This document shows positions 60,871 to 64,000 of a stretch of DNA of 64,000 nucleotides, one piece after another; the stretch's first letter is position 1; each line of letters starts with the position of its first letter. Where the stretch lies: the NCBI RefSeq assembly GCF_006345805.1, contig NC_043012.1:37820001-37884000 (forward strand), given 5' to 3'. The stretch is from Octopus sinensis (lineage: Eukaryota). The translations under genes and the position numbers were made by a program. The notes beneath the pieces were generated by a model. The model was not told where the DNA came from and made no database searches. It saw only the letters and a program-made list of their open reading frames with translations.

Positions 60871-63800
60871 TTCACTGTCATATGTCGATGAAATATAAAG
60901 TATATAACGGATATTGAGTTGCATGATATTGACTAAGTTCCTGTCAAATGGCTGGCTATGTGTCCCGATTGTTATTAAGGGTGGCAAGCTGTCAGAATTG
61001 TGATATTTCTTTGAGCTCTTTACATTCTGGTTTCAAATCCTGCCAAAGTCAACTTCCTTTCATCCTTTTGGGTCAATAAAATGACAACTACTGGAGTTCA
61101 TGGTATCTGCTACTTCCGCTCAGAATTGTTAGTTTCATGCCTAAATCAGAAACTCTTATTATTATTATCATTATTAAGGCAGCACGCTGGTAGAATCGAT
61201 AAAATGCTGGACAAAATACTCAGTGGCATTTCAAATGTATGTTCTGAGTTCAAGTTCCGCCAATGCTAACTCTGCCTTTCAACCTTTCGGGGGTCATGTG
61301 CTAACAGTAAAAAGCATTATCATTATTAACAGTCATCTATGTTCTGAGTTCAACTTTGCCTTTCATCCTTTCGGGGTCAATGAAACAAGTACCAGTTACG
61401 CACTGGGGTTGATGTAATTGACTAGCCCCCTTTCCCCCAAATTTTCAAAGACTTGTGCCTAGAGTAGAAACAACTATTAACAGACATCTACGTGTGAGCC
61501 AGGTAAAAACGAAATCACTTAGCTCTGAAGTATACTGCATTTCTTTAACACATCTCTAAAAGGATTTTTCCTGGACGAAAGCCAGTCTCTGGCTTTTCAA
61601 CCAAAACACATTTGTTACATGTGTCATACGGAAAAAGGTTTATAAAATAATTAGATTCTTCTGCCTGATTATTATTTATACTTTTTAGGTTTTCAGCCTG
61701 ATGCCATTATGAGAAAATATTATTATTATTTGTCAAGGGCAACTTTACTATTTCAAAATTAGCTGTATACAGGTGTGTATGAATGTACATGTATAAGAAG
61801 CTAGCTTCTCAGCTACATGGTTCTGGGTTCAATCCCACTCTGTAGCACCTCTTGGGCATGTATCTACTATTATAGCCCTGTACAGGGAAACTGAATATGT
61901 GTGTGTATACGGTTGGTTGTGTGTAATATTGTAAATGAACATCACTGTCATAGAAGCGAGGTGGTTCATTTCTAGTCTTGTGTGAAAAACATGCTTAATA
62001 ATGGGGGAAATATTACTTTGCTTAGAAACAATGATTGGCAACAGAAATGGTATCTGGGCATAGAAAAGTCTGCTTCAGTAAATTCTGTCCAGTCCATGCA
62101 AGTATGGGACGGTGGACATTAATAATAAATACAAAGAAGGCAATCGACCATCCGCTTGAATTGGATCTCCAGCAAGGCCACAGTCCAGTGTATGAAAGCA
62201 GTAAAATATTTTCTTATTTTAGAGCGGTGACGTCAAAATGTAAGCCCAAGTTATGTCCCTTTGTGTTCCGTGCTTTCTTTTTGATGAAATAAAATATCAG
62301 CAGTCGACATTATGTTGGTTCAACCTCATTAATCGCAACCATGTTTGTACCAAAGGGACAACATATTTGTTGTTTTACACTTCTGGGCTTTCATAAATTA
62401 ACTACATTAATTAATTATTGTAATAAAGATATAATAGTAACAGTAAACGACAGTTTTGCCTCTGTGGGTTCTTTTTATTATCTTTTTTTTTTTATTAATC
62501 CTTGTCTGGCATTTAGCCATAAAAGAAAAAAAAAATTGTTTCTTGAGATTCAGGTTTTGTTTCCAATTTAAAGAACAGAGCTCATTCTTTTGTACCTCAT
62601 ACAAATGGCTCCATCTTAACCAGGGAAGAATCAACTTTAAGATTTCATAAATGCAAGCAATATGCCTGAGACGGTTACGATAGTTCTCTTTGGAAAATTT
62701 CTCCATCTTTCTTGTCAGAAAATATCTCTCTTTATTGTCTCACATCCTGTCTATTGCATAGCTACAGTGAAACAAGTTTCTTTTTGCAAAGTGAGTAAAG
62801 GTGCCACAGGACAGTTAAATTGCCTTGTTGAATGTGACACACATAATTTTGAGACAAGAAAACAGTTTGTGCATGTGTGTGTGTGTATTTAGCATTTTTC
62901 TTACGTCCATTTTTTCCCTACTAGCATGGGTTAGATGAATGTTTTATTAAAGCATTGTCTTACAGTCACATACCCTTCCTGGTGTAATCTTTACGAGTTC
63001 TTCAAGTAAGCATTCTCTAACAATAACAACACCGCTTGTAGCTGGAGACTTTCAGAGATGCCAAATGTACACAGGCACACAAAGAATTTCTTCCAGTTCC
63101 TGCCCACCAAATTCATAGAATAAAGGCTTGGCTGGCCTGGGACTATCATAGAAGACACTCACTTGCTCGGGCTACCATGAATTTGACACCATGTGGTTGG
63201 GAAGCAAACTTCTTAATTAAGGTCATGTCTGCACCCACCTCCAAGACACCTTCCTTCGTTAGCATTGATTTGCAATTAGAAGGGTTCAGCTAATGCACTG
63301 ATGGTGTTTGAACATGAGTATTTATTGCTTTCAAGAGAAAGTATGGGAGGGAAACCAAACTCAGTAAGGTATAAGTGGTGTAATTAGTTGAGACAGGTTC
63401 AAGTCCCACCACTGACTTTACTGTTCATCAGGTTTAATACTGTTTACATATAGCAGTGTGTCTGTATGTGTGTGTGTATATATATATATATATATACACA
63501 CACATACATAAATACACACCTTAACCCTTTAGCATTCAGATTACTTTCTTTAGAATTTTCTGTTTGTTTTCAGATTTCAACAATGTGATTGCTTATCTCT
63601 AGGCTAGGTGCAAGAGGTCAGATCTGGCTGGTTTAAATATAAAACAGGCTGAACATTTGGGCTTGGTCTGCCCATTTTAAATGTCAAAGGGTGAACTGCT
63701 TTCACTTATAAGACTCCAGCCACGCTGTGGCAGTACCTTGTTCATCCACCCGTGATGGGTTCCTTAGAAAATAAAACAAAACAGAACACAAAAATAAAGC

Positions 63801-64000
63801 ACGAAGTGGGTGGGGTGAGGTGTAATGTATTAGGACCCTTGGATTTGGCATTGCATAATAAGGTTATAATACTGTTTCTGGAAGAGAAATGTTGTATAAT
63901 ACTGCTTTTAATGAGAAATGCTTGTGGTTGGTTAAGAGGAAGAATCAAGTCAGAAAATAGAAATAAAAAAATATGAAGCTCTTCCTACATTATTAGACTT

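Noticed and set aside
63380-63436. Minus-strand CUGAUGA followed by a good two-part stem II
   Set aside because: GAAAC reads UCAAC and stems I and III are broken. It may be an ancient decayed copy but is not supportable.

Overview
Eukaryotic, AT-rich, repeat-dense genomic DNA. The repeat families (RTE LINEs with (GAT)n tails, tRNA-derived SINEs with (ATT)n tails, long TA/CA tracts) suggest a coleoid cephalopod, probably Octopus; this is inference. One gene spans most of the window on the + strand: the Holliday junction resolvase GEN1. I reconstructed a putative non-coding exon near 11.8 kb and 11 phase-compatible coding exons from 13676 to 51640 (4452 nt, 1483 aa). They encode the XPG/FEN1-type nuclease with all catalytic acidic motifs, the chromodomain and an unusually long tail containing about 14 copies of a 16-aa repeat with 11 TQ motifs. 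Weak evidence supports the 3' exons of an unidentified membrane-protein gene on the - strand (2.6-7.1 kb). The most striking unannotated signal is a set of type I hammerhead ribozymes found by reading the sequence and checking base pairs by hand. Four have complete catalytic cores (15903-15948 -, 17240-17302 +, 24603-24674 +, 44677-44783 +), and three of these are sense-strand within GEN1 introns. At least eight more are decayed. Several sit in non-autonomous elements with Penelope-like architecture (one full arm, one inverted partial arm, a roughly 33-nt one-sided tail). One family combines a tRNA-like Pol III head with a hammerhead and has target-site duplications. Also present: three large dead RTE copies (one with an internal deletion), relics of CR1, Ty3/Gypsy, Tc1/mariner, hAT and Helitron elements, and many SINEs. 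No folding, alignment or database search was run, so repeat boundaries are approximate.
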